A DNA stretch of 64,000 bases from Candidatus Latescibacterota bacterium (GTDB lineage Bacteria; Latescibacterota; UBA2968; UBA8231), in assembly GCA_964291625.2 (NCBI GenBank), contig OZ220089.1, positions 4,416,001 through 4,480,000 on the forward strand, in the 5' to 3' direction. The notes beneath the pieces were generated by a model. It searched no databases. It worked only from the letters and a program-made list of their open reading frames with translations, and was not told the DNA's origin. Each line of letters opens with the position of its first letter. The first letter of the stretch is position 1. Of the stretch, positions 1 to 8,371 are shown piece after piece. The translations under genes were made by a program, and so were the position numbers.

Positions 1-1
1 T

Positions 2-616
2 GCCCAGGTGGGCGACGCTGTCCGCGTGGAGGTCCACGTAGTTGGCTACGTAGAGGTCCAGGTCCCCGTCCAGGTCGTAGTCGCCGGCCGCGGCTCCCGT
101 GCTCCAGAGAGGCAGGTCCACTCCGGCCTGCGTGCCGAGCTCGGTGAAGCGCCCCCTGTCGTTGAGGAAGAGGAGGTTCCTCGTCAGGCAGGAGACGTAG
201 AGGTCGGGGTCGCCGTCATTGTCGAAGTCGGCGGCCAGGGCCCCCATGCCCCAGCCGCGGCCCTCGACCCCGGAGGAGGCAGCCACGTCCTGGAAACCTC
301 GATCGCCGTCATTGCGGTAGAGGGCGTTCCCCGCCCCCAGGGAGTCGTCGAGCGTCGCTCCGTTCACCCAGTAGAGATCGAGGTCGCCGTCCCCCTCGGC
401 GTCGAGGACCGCCAAGCCGCCGCCCTTGGCCTCGACGATGTACCCCTTCTCGGGGGTGCCGCCCCTGTGGGCCCGGTGCAATCCCGCCTCGGCCGCCACG
501 TCGACGAACAGGCGGCCCCGGTCCGCCCGCTGAGCCGGGGGTGGGTCGGCGCAGGAAGACAGCAGAAGGAGGAGGGCTCCGAAGGGCAAGCAAAAACCCC
601 CGGGCGCCTGGTTCAT
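2..616 (-). CDS. CRTAC1/FG-GAP (ASPIC-UnbV family) lipoprotein, 5' part only; runs off the window start
   Basis: Not in the ORF track. Hand translation from ATG 616: MNQAPGGFCLPFGALLLLLSSC (lipobox) ...LFVDVAAEAGL...GYIVEAKGGGLAVLDAEGDGDLDLYWVNG, typical CRTAC1-family motifs that also occur in 46828-49986. Confidence 0.85.
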   Translation of the reverse strand, partial: MNQAPGGFCLPFGALLLLLSSCADPPPAQRADRGRLFVDVAAEAGLHRAHRGGTPEKGYIVEAKGGGLAVLDAEGDGDLDLYWVNGATLDDSLGAGNALYRNDGDRGFQDVAASSGVEGRGWGMGALAADFDNDGDPDLYVSCLTRNLLFLNDRGRFTELGTQAGVDLPLWSTGAAAGDYDLDGDLDLYVANYVDLHADSVAHLG

Positions 617-669
617 GCGCCCGGGGGAGGAGGCAACGCCGCTACAGCTGCGGCGGGGACAGGGTCGGA

Positions 670-1560
670 TCAGCGTGCGGCCTTGATCTGGCCCCAGGAA
701 ACGTCCTCGACGGCGGTCAGGGCGGCGATGGAGGGTTCCACCTGGGCCATGACGACGTCGTTGGTGGCGGTGCAGCAGCTCTCGGGCGACATCGTCCAGA
801 ACCCCTGATAGCTCTCCAGGGAGCACTCGGTGCAAGGCTCGTCGAAGTCGCCGACCGTCACGGAGAGGTGGATGACCTCCTCCTCCTCGAGGTCGTGGAC
901 GACCACGCTGCTCTCGTCGACGTCGTCACCCCTCGGCATGCTCAGAATGGGGGTGATGGCCAGCTCGTAGTAGTAGGTGCTCTCGCCGAACTGGTCGCCA
1001 TCGAAACCCCAGCCGAAGTCGATCCAGTCGGAGCCGTCGACGAACCAGGGGATGGCCTGGTTGGGACGGAAGAACTGGTAGGCGCCCTCAACCGGCGGCA
1101 CGGCCCACTTGTAGCTGAAGTTGTTGGCCGGCTGTTCTGCCTGGTTGTGCTCCTCCGTCGGCGTGTGGTCGGGGTTGACCTCGACCTCCCAGGCGTCGTC
1201 CGACCAGAAGGCCGAAGGGTCCTCGCGGTCCAGATTGTGGACGTTGTCGAACACCGAGGTGGCGAAGTAGAGCTTGTTGAGGTTGTCGTTCCAACCGATG
1301 ATGTTGCGGATGTTGATGTCGCTGGCGTCGATCTCGCCGCGGCCCACGGGCTGGATGTCGGCCACCGGGGAGTAGAGCCGGTCGTTGCCGATCCAGTAGG
1401 GGCCGTCGATGGGAACGATATCCCAGTCGGAGAGATCGCCGTCCATCTGCGGCACCAGGTTGTCGGGGAACTGGGCGGCGAAGAACAGCTCCCCGGGCGG
1501 ATTGTGGGCGCTGGCGGAGACCGCGACGACCAGCGACGCACAGAGGATGATGCGCTTCAT
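670..1560 (-). CDS. Secreted protein with CBM9/DOMON-like fold and C-terminal TAVEDVSWGQIK tail
   Basis: Start reassigned to MKRIILCASLVVAVSASA (signal peptide; AGGAGG upstream). DGDLSDWD and WSDDAWEVEV motifs resemble CBM9-like sugar-binding domains. Confidence 0.7.
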   Translation of the reverse strand: MKRIILCASLVVAVSASAHNPPGELFFAAQFPDNLVPQMDGDLSDWDIVPIDGPYWIGNDRLYSPVADIQPVGRGEIDASDINIRNIIGWNDNLNKLYFATSVFDNVHNLDREDPSAFWSDDAWEVEVNPDHTPTEEHNQAEQPANNFSYKWAVPPVEGAYQFFRPNQAIPWFVDGSDWIDFGWGFDGDQFGESTYYYELAITPILSMPRGDDVDESSVVVHDLEEEEVIHLSVTVGDFDEPCTECSLESYQGFWTMSPESCCTATNDVVMAQVEPSIAALTAVEDVSWGQIKAAR

Positions 1561-1636
1561 GCGAGGTCCTCCTGAGTCAGGAATGCGGCTGGAATAGCCG
1601 GTTGGGGGGATGGATCTCCTAATACAGAGGATTTGA

Positions 1637-1665
1637 AAAGTGCAAAAAAGCCAGGGAGAAGTCAA
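1637..1665 (-). promoter_or_regulatory. Putative sigma70-type promoter for 670-1560
   Basis: Minus strand TTGACT-N17-CACTTT in an AT-rich intergenic stretch. Confidence 0.4.
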
Positions 1666-1693
1666 GCTTTTTGGGGTCCGGCACCCCTGCCCA

Positions 1694-3844
1694 TCAGTAC
1701 ACCACCGAAACCACCCCGACGCGGCGCACCGTCTCCTCGGTGCTGAGGGAGACTTCGTAGAGGTAGGTCCCCGGCGGTACCAAGTCGCCGGCGCCGTCCC
1801 TGCCGTTCCAGCTCTGGCTGCTGCGGCCGCTGGCGCCCGACCTGGGTTCCTGGACGTGGACGAGACGCCCTCCCAGATCGTAGATGCGCAGGTGGACGGG
1901 ACGCTGAACGGTCAGCTGGCGAAGCTCGTAGGTCAGGACGAGCTCGTCGTTGAGACCGTCCCCGTTGGGGGTGATGGTCTGACTGGAGGCGTTCAGATCG
2001 CCGATGAGACCGCCCTTCAGCGGTGTGGCCACGGCCAGCACGTTGCTGCCGAACCGGAAGGTCGCGTTGCCCGGGCGCACCTGCTGGCGGATCCGGTCCG
2101 GGTCATCGCTGTGGAAGACCCAGCCGCGGAACTCGGCCCCGTAACGCAGGACCGGCACCTCGAAGGTCGCCTCGATCGGCTTCAGCCGGTCGGAGCGGCC
2201 CTTGAGCTCGTCGAAGGAAAAGATGAGGCGATCCTCCCGCAGGTCGGGTGGATGCAGGTCGAAGTCGACCGGGCCCCCGTCCACGGTGAGGGAGAGGCGC
2301 TCCGGATCGACGCGATTGTGGGTCAGGATCTCCAGGCGGTTGAAGCCGAGATCCGCGTCGTCGAAGTCGGGACGCACCACGTAGGTGAAGGGCGTGGCGT
2401 CGAAGGAGGTCACCTCGGTCGGCCAGATCTCGCCCAGAACCTCTCTGGCCAGGGGAGACTCGCTGAACTGGAGCCACACCTGATCGATGCGGGAAGCCCG
2501 GGTGAAGGTGCTGAAGAGCTGGATGTCGATCTGCAGGTAGCGGCTCGGGCCAGGCGACAGGAGGGAGGTACCGTCCCCCCAGCTCTCGGCCGGGACAGTG
2601 GAGTCTCGCAGGCCCGCCTCGAAGGAGTACGGAGGCGACCAGAAGCTCCAGTTGTCCAGGTCTGGCCGGGGATCGAGGCGGCCCGTGGCGTCGATGGCCA
2701 GGTACTCCTCGGTGGAGATCCGGCGGATGTCGCCGTTGACGCTCTCGGCGACGTAGAAGTTGGGGTCCGGGGTCTGCCCGGTGCGCGTGCGGATCTCGAC
2801 GCGCGTGCCCTCGGGGGCCTCGCCGCTCCAGCGGATCTTGCCCCAGTTCACCCGGCCGCCCGACTCGGCGCCGAAGTCGAGGATCTGCGTCCGGTAGGAG
2901 GCGTGCTCCACGAAGCCCTCGCCGAAGACCTGGAACTCCGCCACCTCCCAGTTGCGCAGGGGGAAGGTCTTGAAGGTCAGGTAGCGCACCGACCGGGTGG
3001 GAAAGTTCAGGTCGACGATGCGCTCGAGGTTCTCGGGCTTGGACTCCAGGATCTCGAGGCGGTCGTCGGTGGTCCGGACCCAGCGCAGACCCTGGGAGAA
3101 GCCGACGTGGTCGCAGGGGCTGCTGGCGAAGCTCTGGCTGTCGTCGGCCACGCGGATCTCGTAGCCCTCGACGAAGTTGGCGGCGAAGCTGCTCTCGCCG
3201 AACTCCTCGAGGGGGGGGCTCGGCTCCTGCATCTCCTCGATCAGCAGCCGGTCCTCCACGCGGCTCAGTCGCGGGAAGAACCGGATCCGGTTGACGGGCA
3301 CGGCGGCGCCGAAGTCGAGGACCACGGCGTTCTTCCATCCCGAGCCGGTGACCCCGGCGACGATGCGGCCGCCGCCCGCGAAGATGCTCGTGCCGGGGGT
3401 GAACCGGCGGAAGTGGGCGGTCGTGAAGTCTCCGTCGAACTGCTTCTTCACGATCCGGACCTCGTTGTCGATGGCCCCGCAACCGTCCGTGGTCAAGGCG
3501 ATCCCCCGGGTGGTGGGGAGGGGGATCCGGATGTCGGGAGAGTCGGGGTCGGTGAGGGCCAGGTTCTGGTCGGATCGCACGAACAGCGGCAGGATGCTGC
3601 CCGGGGAGGCCTCGTACTCGATGACGCTGTCGCCGCCCTCGCCCCAGGGCGTGGTCGGCACCGCGTCGCGGCGCACGAGGGTGCCCTCCTCGTCGAAGAC
3701 CACGAACTCGCCGGCGTCCTCCTCGGAGAGGGCCGCCGGCCAGGGATTGCCGTCGGGACCGCCCAGCACGTATTCCGTGCGAGCCGACACGGAGGCCGCG
3801 CCGAGGGCAAGGCAGAGAATGACGCAACAGGCTGAGGAGCGCAT
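1694..3844 (-). CDS. Secreted discoidin-like + FlgD-Ig C-terminal domain protein (paralog 1)
   Basis: True start MRSSACCVILCLALGAASVSA (ATG 3844); the longer ORF call is the antisense shadow of 3977-6064. Motifs VLDFGAAVPVNRIRFFP, EIRTRTG, WSFWSPPY, RYLQ, TPNGDGLND, WNGRDGAGDLVPPGTYLY; ends VVSVVY. Confidence 0.85.
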   Translation of the reverse strand: MRSSACCVILCLALGAASVSARTEYVLGGPDGNPWPAALSEEDAGEFVVFDEEGTLVRRDAVPTTPWGEGGDSVIEYEASPGSILPLFVRSDQNLALTDPDSPDIRIPLPTTRGIALTTDGCGAIDNEVRIVKKQFDGDFTTAHFRRFTPGTSIFAGGGRIVAGVTGSGWKNAVVLDFGAAVPVNRIRFFPRLSRVEDRLLIEEMQEPSPPLEEFGESSFAANFVEGYEIRVADDSQSFASSPCDHVGFSQGLRWVRTTDDRLEILESKPENLERIVDLNFPTRSVRYLTFKTFPLRNWEVAEFQVFGEGFVEHASYRTQILDFGAESGGRVNWGKIRWSGEAPEGTRVEIRTRTGQTPDPNFYVAESVNGDIRRISTEEYLAIDATGRLDPRPDLDNWSFWSPPYSFEAGLRDSTVPAESWGDGTSLLSPGPSRYLQIDIQLFSTFTRASRIDQVWLQFSESPLAREVLGEIWPTEVTSFDATPFTYVVRPDFDDADLGFNRLEILTHNRVDPERLSLTVDGGPVDFDLHPPDLREDRLIFSFDELKGRSDRLKPIEATFEVPVLRYGAEFRGWVFHSDDPDRIRQQVRPGNATFRFGSNVLAVATPLKGGLIGDLNASSQTITPNGDGLNDELVLTYELRQLTVQRPVHLRIYDLGGRLVHVQEPRSGASGRSSQSWNGRDGAGDLVPPGTYLYEVSLSTEETVRRVGVVSVVY

Positions 3845-3917
3845 GGGCAGTACCTCCCGGGAGGCCGGCCAGCCCCCGAGGGAACGGTACTGCCGCCGAA
3901 GCGGCGGGACAAGGGAA

Positions 3918-3946
3918 TTGACAGTGACCCGGCGGCGCTCTTTCCT
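3918..3946 (+). promoter_or_regulatory. Putative sigma70-type promoter for 3977-6064
   Basis: Perfect TTGACA at 3918-3923, 17 bp spacer, weak -10 (TTTCCT), in the divergent intergenic region. Confidence 0.4.
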
Positions 3947-3976
3947 TGCCCCGGGACCCGACTCGAGAGCGGCGGC

Positions 3977-6064
3977 ATGAATCGCGGATTCACCCTCATC
4001 GCTGCGGCGGTCCTGGCCGGCCTCGGCTGGCCGCGGATCTCCCCGGCCGCGGATACCGTCGCCATCGGTGCCGGCGGCGAGCTCGACTGGACGGGAGGGG
4101 GCTCTGCCGTGGTCGCCACGATCCCGGCCCGCCACCGCTCCCTGCTCGACTCCGACAACCTCCTCGAGGGCAACGCCCCGGGCGCCCTGCTCGAGTTCGA
4201 GAGCCAGGACCACCCCGGGGCCATCCTCCCGTTGCGCATCGCCCCCGGGCAGAACGTCGCCCACGGCACCCTCGAACGCGGCGGCGAGATCGTCGCGCCC
4301 AACGTCTTCGACTTCAGCGGCACCTTCAAGCCCCTCGACCTCAAGCAGTCGCTGGAGGAGCTGATCACCCCGGGAGGCGAGCTGGAGGCTTTCGAGCGCA
4401 AGGATCTGAACTCCCTGGGTATCTTGGTGATCCTCAACCTGGGGGGCCGCTTCGGAGTCGAGAGGATCCGGTTCTACCCCCGCAATACCGTTCAGGTCGC
4501 GCCGGCGACGCCTTTCCAGAACGACTTCCTGCGCTCCTTCGAGCTGTTCACCAACGACGGCATCGTCCTCTCCCAGGCGGGCCTGCCGATCTGGGGAGAG
4601 CCGGTGGCCTCCGAGGAGGAGAACAAGGAGGCCGTGGTCGACGTGCTCCTCGACCCTCCGCGGTACGTCCAGCACATCCGCCTGCGATCCACCTCGACCA
4701 TTTCCTACGAGATCGACGAGTTCGAGGTCTTCGGCACCGGCTTCCTGGCCACCGCCACCTATGTCTCCGACATCTTCGACGCGGGACAGCCGGCCGTGTG
4801 GCACCAGCTGCGCTGGACCGAGCGAATCCTGGGAGACCCCCGGTTCTCGGCGGTCCACATCCGGACCCGCACCGGCACCGACGCCGACCCCTTCGTCTTC
4901 ACGCGGGTCCTGCACGGGCAGGCCGACCCGGAGGAGATCCCCCTGTCGGTTGAGGATCCGTCCCGCGAGCTGAGCCTGGAGGAGTACGGGAAGCTGCCCG
5001 TCTTCGATGGCCTGGGCCGGCAGTGGAACGCCGGCCCCGTAAAGGACGATCTCGTCAACTGGAGCCCATTCAGCACGCCCTTCGACGCCGAGGTGGCCAA
5101 CACCCCGGGAGCGCTGATCACGTCCCCGAGCCCGCGGCGCTACCTGCAGCTGCAGATCGCCTTCGACAGCAGCGACCTGGAGGCGGCGAGGGTGATCGAG
5201 TCGCTGAGCTTCGACGTGCTGCGGTCGCCGCTGGCCGACTCCCTCACGGCGGAGGTCTTCCCGAGGGAGGTGGAGGAGATCCGGGCCGTGCCCTTCACCC
5301 TCGCCGTGAGGGCCCGGTTCGAGTCGGACGACCTGCTGGGATTCGACCGTCTGGAGATCCAGACGCCCCTGCGGGTCACGTCGATCGACGAGGTGGAGGT
5401 CCTCGACGGCCAGGGACAGCCGGTGGCCGGCAGGACGTTCTCGAGCCTGGCCGACACCCTCGACGAGGGCGGCTTCCGGATCGTGGAGGTGAGGGAGGAT
5501 CTCTTCGAGGTCGGCTTTCCCCGGATCGAGGAGGACGGGACCGAGGTCCGAGTCCGCTTCCACAGCGACGTGCTCACCTACAGCACGGACTTCACGGGCT
5601 CGGCCAAGCTGTCGCCCGCGGACGGGGTAGGCGAGCCTGCCATCCAGCCCCTGGTGGGCGGCGACACGGGCCAGCTGGCCCCGGGGGACGAGGCGGCCCT
5701 GTCGGGGACCACGGTCCTGAGCCCGACCCTGCTGGGGGGGCGGCTCCTCGGGCAGGTGGAGCTGGCGCCCAATCCCTTCAGCCCCAACGGCGACGGCGTC
5801 AACGACGCCATGTCCCTGACCTACAGCCTGCTGTCCCTGGAGTCGCCGCGCCAGGTGGAGCTGAAGGTCTACGATCTGGGCGGCCGGCTGCTGAGGGTCA
5901 TCAGCCAGGGGCTGGAGATCAACGGCCGCTACGAGGAGAAGGCCTGGGACGGCACCGACGACGCGGGACGGCTCGTCCCGCCGGGGCTCTACCTGGTCCG
6001 GATCGCCGTCGATGGCGACCACCGGGACGACGAGGTGCACCGGGTCGTCAGCGTGGTCTATTAG
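3977..6064 (+). CDS. Secreted discoidin-like + FlgD-Ig C-terminal domain protein (paralog 2)
   Basis: Signal peptide; ILNLGGRFGVERIRFYP, IRTRTG, WSPFS, RYLQ, PNPFSPNGDGVND, WDGTDDAGRLVPPGLYLV; ends VVSVVY. Divergent from paralog 1. Confidence 0.9.
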   Translation: MNRGFTLIAAAVLAGLGWPRISPAADTVAIGAGGELDWTGGGSAVVATIPARHRSLLDSDNLLEGNAPGALLEFESQDHPGAILPLRIAPGQNVAHGTLERGGEIVAPNVFDFSGTFKPLDLKQSLEELITPGGELEAFERKDLNSLGILVILNLGGRFGVERIRFYPRNTVQVAPATPFQNDFLRSFELFTNDGIVLSQAGLPIWGEPVASEEENKEAVVDVLLDPPRYVQHIRLRSTSTISYEIDEFEVFGTGFLATATYVSDIFDAGQPAVWHQLRWTERILGDPRFSAVHIRTRTGTDADPFVFTRVLHGQADPEEIPLSVEDPSRELSLEEYGKLPVFDGLGRQWNAGPVKDDLVNWSPFSTPFDAEVANTPGALITSPSPRRYLQLQIAFDSSDLEAARVIESLSFDVLRSPLADSLTAEVFPREVEEIRAVPFTLAVRARFESDDLLGFDRLEIQTPLRVTSIDEVEVLDGQGQPVAGRTFSSLADTLDEGGFRIVEVREDLFEVGFPRIEEDGTEVRVRFHSDVLTYSTDFTGSAKLSPADGVGEPAIQPLVGGDTGQLAPGDEAALSGTTVLSPTLLGGRLLGQVELAPNPFSPNGDGVNDAMSLTYSLLSLESPRQVELKVYDLGGRLLRVISQGLEINGRYEEKAWDGTDDAGRLVPPGLYLVRIAVDGDHRDDEVHRVVSVVY

Positions 6065-6081
6065 GTCCCGCCAACGGGACC
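6064..6081. terminator. Hairpin between convergent genes
   Basis: GGTCCCG-CCAA-CGGGACC, a perfect 7 bp stem between the stops at 6064 (+) and 6086 (-). Confidence 0.5.
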
Positions 6082-6085
6082 CCTT

Positions 6086-8347
6086 TCACCCCCCCTTCTC
6101 GAAGAGCTGTTCCACCATGCCCAGGGTCCGCGCCTGGGCCTCGGACCGCATGCGCCGGTGGCGCTGCTCCGCGGAGTAGCGCTCGAAGTGGGCCTTGGCC
6201 GCCTGGGCCCGGCCGGTGCGCTGGTAGAGGTGGCCGAGGAACAGGTGCGCCACATGGTCCTCGGGGGCCAGCTCGAGAATGCGCTCGAAGTGGGGCACCG
6301 CCTCTTCGTAGCGGTCGGGCTGCCGGGCCAGCAGCATGCCGAGGCTCCAGCGGGCCTGGAGGGAGCCGGGGTCGGTACGGACGGCGCGGCGCAGGTGTTG
6401 CTCGGCCTCCCGGGTCAGGGGCGTGGCCGGCAGGCTGACCCCGGTGCCCCCGGCCGAGGCCAGATCGACGAGTACCTCCCCAAGCCCCAGATGGGCCCTG
6501 GCCCGGTAGCCTTCCGCTTCCAGCAGCAGCCGGAAATGGACGGCGGCCGAGTCGGGGCGGCCCCGGGCCTGGTGCAGGCGGGCGAGCTGGTAGCGCACCA
6601 GCACGGAGTCGGGCCGGAGCTCAAGGACGCGGCGCCAGGCCCGAGCGGCCTCCTCGGGGCGCCCGGCCGCGAGCCGGGCGTAGGCCAGGCTGCCGTGCAG
6701 GTTCGCCCGCTCGGGGTGCATCTCCACGAGGCGCTCGCCCTCGGCGACGGCCTCGGCGGCCCGTCCGGCCGAGACCAGGGCGGCGGCGAGGTCCCGGCGC
6801 GCGGGCACCGAGTCCGGAGCCCCGGCGAGGTAGCGGCGGTAGAGGTCGACGGCGGAGGCGGGGTTCCCCCCCTCGACCTCCAGGGCGGCCAGGTTCACCA
6901 GCGCCCCCGGGTGTCCCGGATCGAGGCGCAGGGCGGTGCGGTACTCCCGGGCGGCCCCGGCGGGCATCTCCCGGCGCTCGTAGGCGGAGCCCCGCCAGTA
7001 GTGCTCGTCGGCGGGGCTGGCCACCGCCAGCGGGGCCGGTCCGGCGTTGAGGGCCACGCACGCGAGGGCGGTGAGGACGATCCCGGGCCACCGGAGGGGG
7101 CGCCGCGCGAGGGCCCGGGCGCCGTGGCAGGCCACCAGCAACAGGAGCGGGACCACGGGCAGGCGGCAGGGCGGCGCGACGAAGAACAGGACCGCCGCCG
7201 CGGCGTAGACGATCACGAATCCGGACAGGAGAGCGCGTTCCCGGGTGGGCCCACCCGCCGGATCTGCGGGAAAGGCGACGAGGAAGACCAGGCCGGCGAG
7301 GGCCAGGGGGGCCACCAGGCCGAAGGGGAAGGCGAGTCCCCGGTCCCAGAGGAGGGCGGCCAGGACCGGGGACTCGGCCCTGGCGAAGTAGGGGTCGAGA
7401 CCCCGCGGGCTCTCCTCGCCCCGCCAGAACAGGTAGGTCCTGCGGGCCATCAGTCCCGCCCACCCCCAGGGCTCGGCGCGGACGACCTCCCACGAGCGCT
7501 CGAGGAGATGCCGCGAGGACGCGGACAGTCCCTCGCTGCCGGCCTCTCCCGAGGAGGGATCTGCCAGCCGCAGCCGCTCCGGCCCCGGCTGCACGGCCAC
7601 CGTGCGGTCCTCAACGGCGCTGTTTCCGGTGTGGAGGCCGAGGTCGCCGCCGACGACGAGGTTGCGAACCGTGACCGGGGCCACCACCACCGCGCAGCCG
7701 GCGGCGAACCACAACCCCCGCTGCCATCGGAATCCGCGCTCCGACCCCTGCGGCGGGAACCGACACAGCCACCAGAGGACGAAGGGGGCGAGGAGCAGGA
7801 CGGTGGCCACGGTCAGGGCCGAGAGCCCCAGGACAAGGCCGGGCACCGCCCAGCGCCAGGCGGGTTCCGGCGGAGTGCGCAGCAGCAGCCACAGCAGTAG
7901 GAGGTCGAGGAGGCCGGCCAGGGTGACGGGCAGCAGCTCCCCCCCGAAGTAGACGAGGGGTCCGTACAGGGCGGCGGCGAGGCCGGCCCCGAGGGCGACG
8001 GGGGCGGTGAAGAGCCGATGGCCCACCGCCACCAGGAGCCCGCAGGTGGCCGCTCCCAGGGCCGCCTGCAGCAGGCGCGGAAGCCACGGGGACTCGCCGG
8101 CCGAGCCCAGGGCGGCGAGGAGGTAGGGATAGAGCGGGGGTTGCCGGAAGGGCTCCGGCGGGCCGGCCCAGGAGACCTCCGTCAGGTAGCGGGCGTCCTC
8201 GACCCAGGCGGCGGCGTCGAGGACGGGGGCTTCGAAGAGCGGCGTCTGCTCAAGGTAGAAGAGGTGGCCCAGGCGCACAGCGAAGGCCAGGGCGCAGACG
8301 AGCAGGATCCGGCGGAGGGAGGCCGGGGAGGGCGCAGTCGAGGCCAA
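6086..8347 (-). CDS. GT-C fold (PMT/ArnT-like, GT39/83-like) membrane glycosyltransferase-like protein with C-terminal TPRs
   Basis: Multi-TM N-terminal half with PVLDA...PFRQPPLYPYLLA and ALYGPLVYF motifs; C-terminal ~300 aa of TPR repeats. TTG start. Confidence 0.75.
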   Translation of the reverse strand: MASTAPSPASLRRILLVCALAFAVRLGHLFYLEQTPLFEAPVLDAAAWVEDARYLTEVSWAGPPEPFRQPPLYPYLLAALGSAGESPWLPRLLQAALGAATCGLLVAVGHRLFTAPVALGAGLAAALYGPLVYFGGELLPVTLAGLLDLLLLWLLLRTPPEPAWRWAVPGLVLGLSALTVATVLLLAPFVLWWLCRFPPQGSERGFRWQRGLWFAAGCAVVVAPVTVRNLVVGGDLGLHTGNSAVEDRTVAVQPGPERLRLADPSSGEAGSEGLSASSRHLLERSWEVVRAEPWGWAGLMARRTYLFWRGEESPRGLDPYFARAESPVLAALLWDRGLAFPFGLVAPLALAGLVFLVAFPADPAGGPTRERALLSGFVIVYAAAAVLFFVAPPCRLPVVPLLLLVACHGARALARRPLRWPGIVLTALACVALNAGPAPLAVASPADEHYWRGSAYERREMPAGAAREYRTALRLDPGHPGALVNLAALEVEGGNPASAVDLYRRYLAGAPDSVPARRDLAAALVSAGRAAEAVAEGERLVEMHPERANLHGSLAYARLAAGRPEEAARAWRRVLELRPDSVLVRYQLARLHQARGRPDSAAVHFRLLLEAEGYRARAHLGLGEVLVDLASAGGTGVSLPATPLTREAEQHLRRAVRTDPGSLQARWSLGMLLARQPDRYEEAVPHFERILELAPEDHVAHLFLGHLYQRTGRAQAAKAHFERYSAEQRHRRMRSEAQARTLGMVEQLFEKGG

Positions 8348-8371
8348 GGGTGAGCCCGGCGCCCCGTCGGC

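Noticed and set aside
3845-6040. N-terminal half of the 1448 aa ORF 1694-6040, suggesting a giant protein or overlapping genes
   Set aside because: It is antisense to 3977-6064; the real gene starts at ATG 3844 with a signal peptide.
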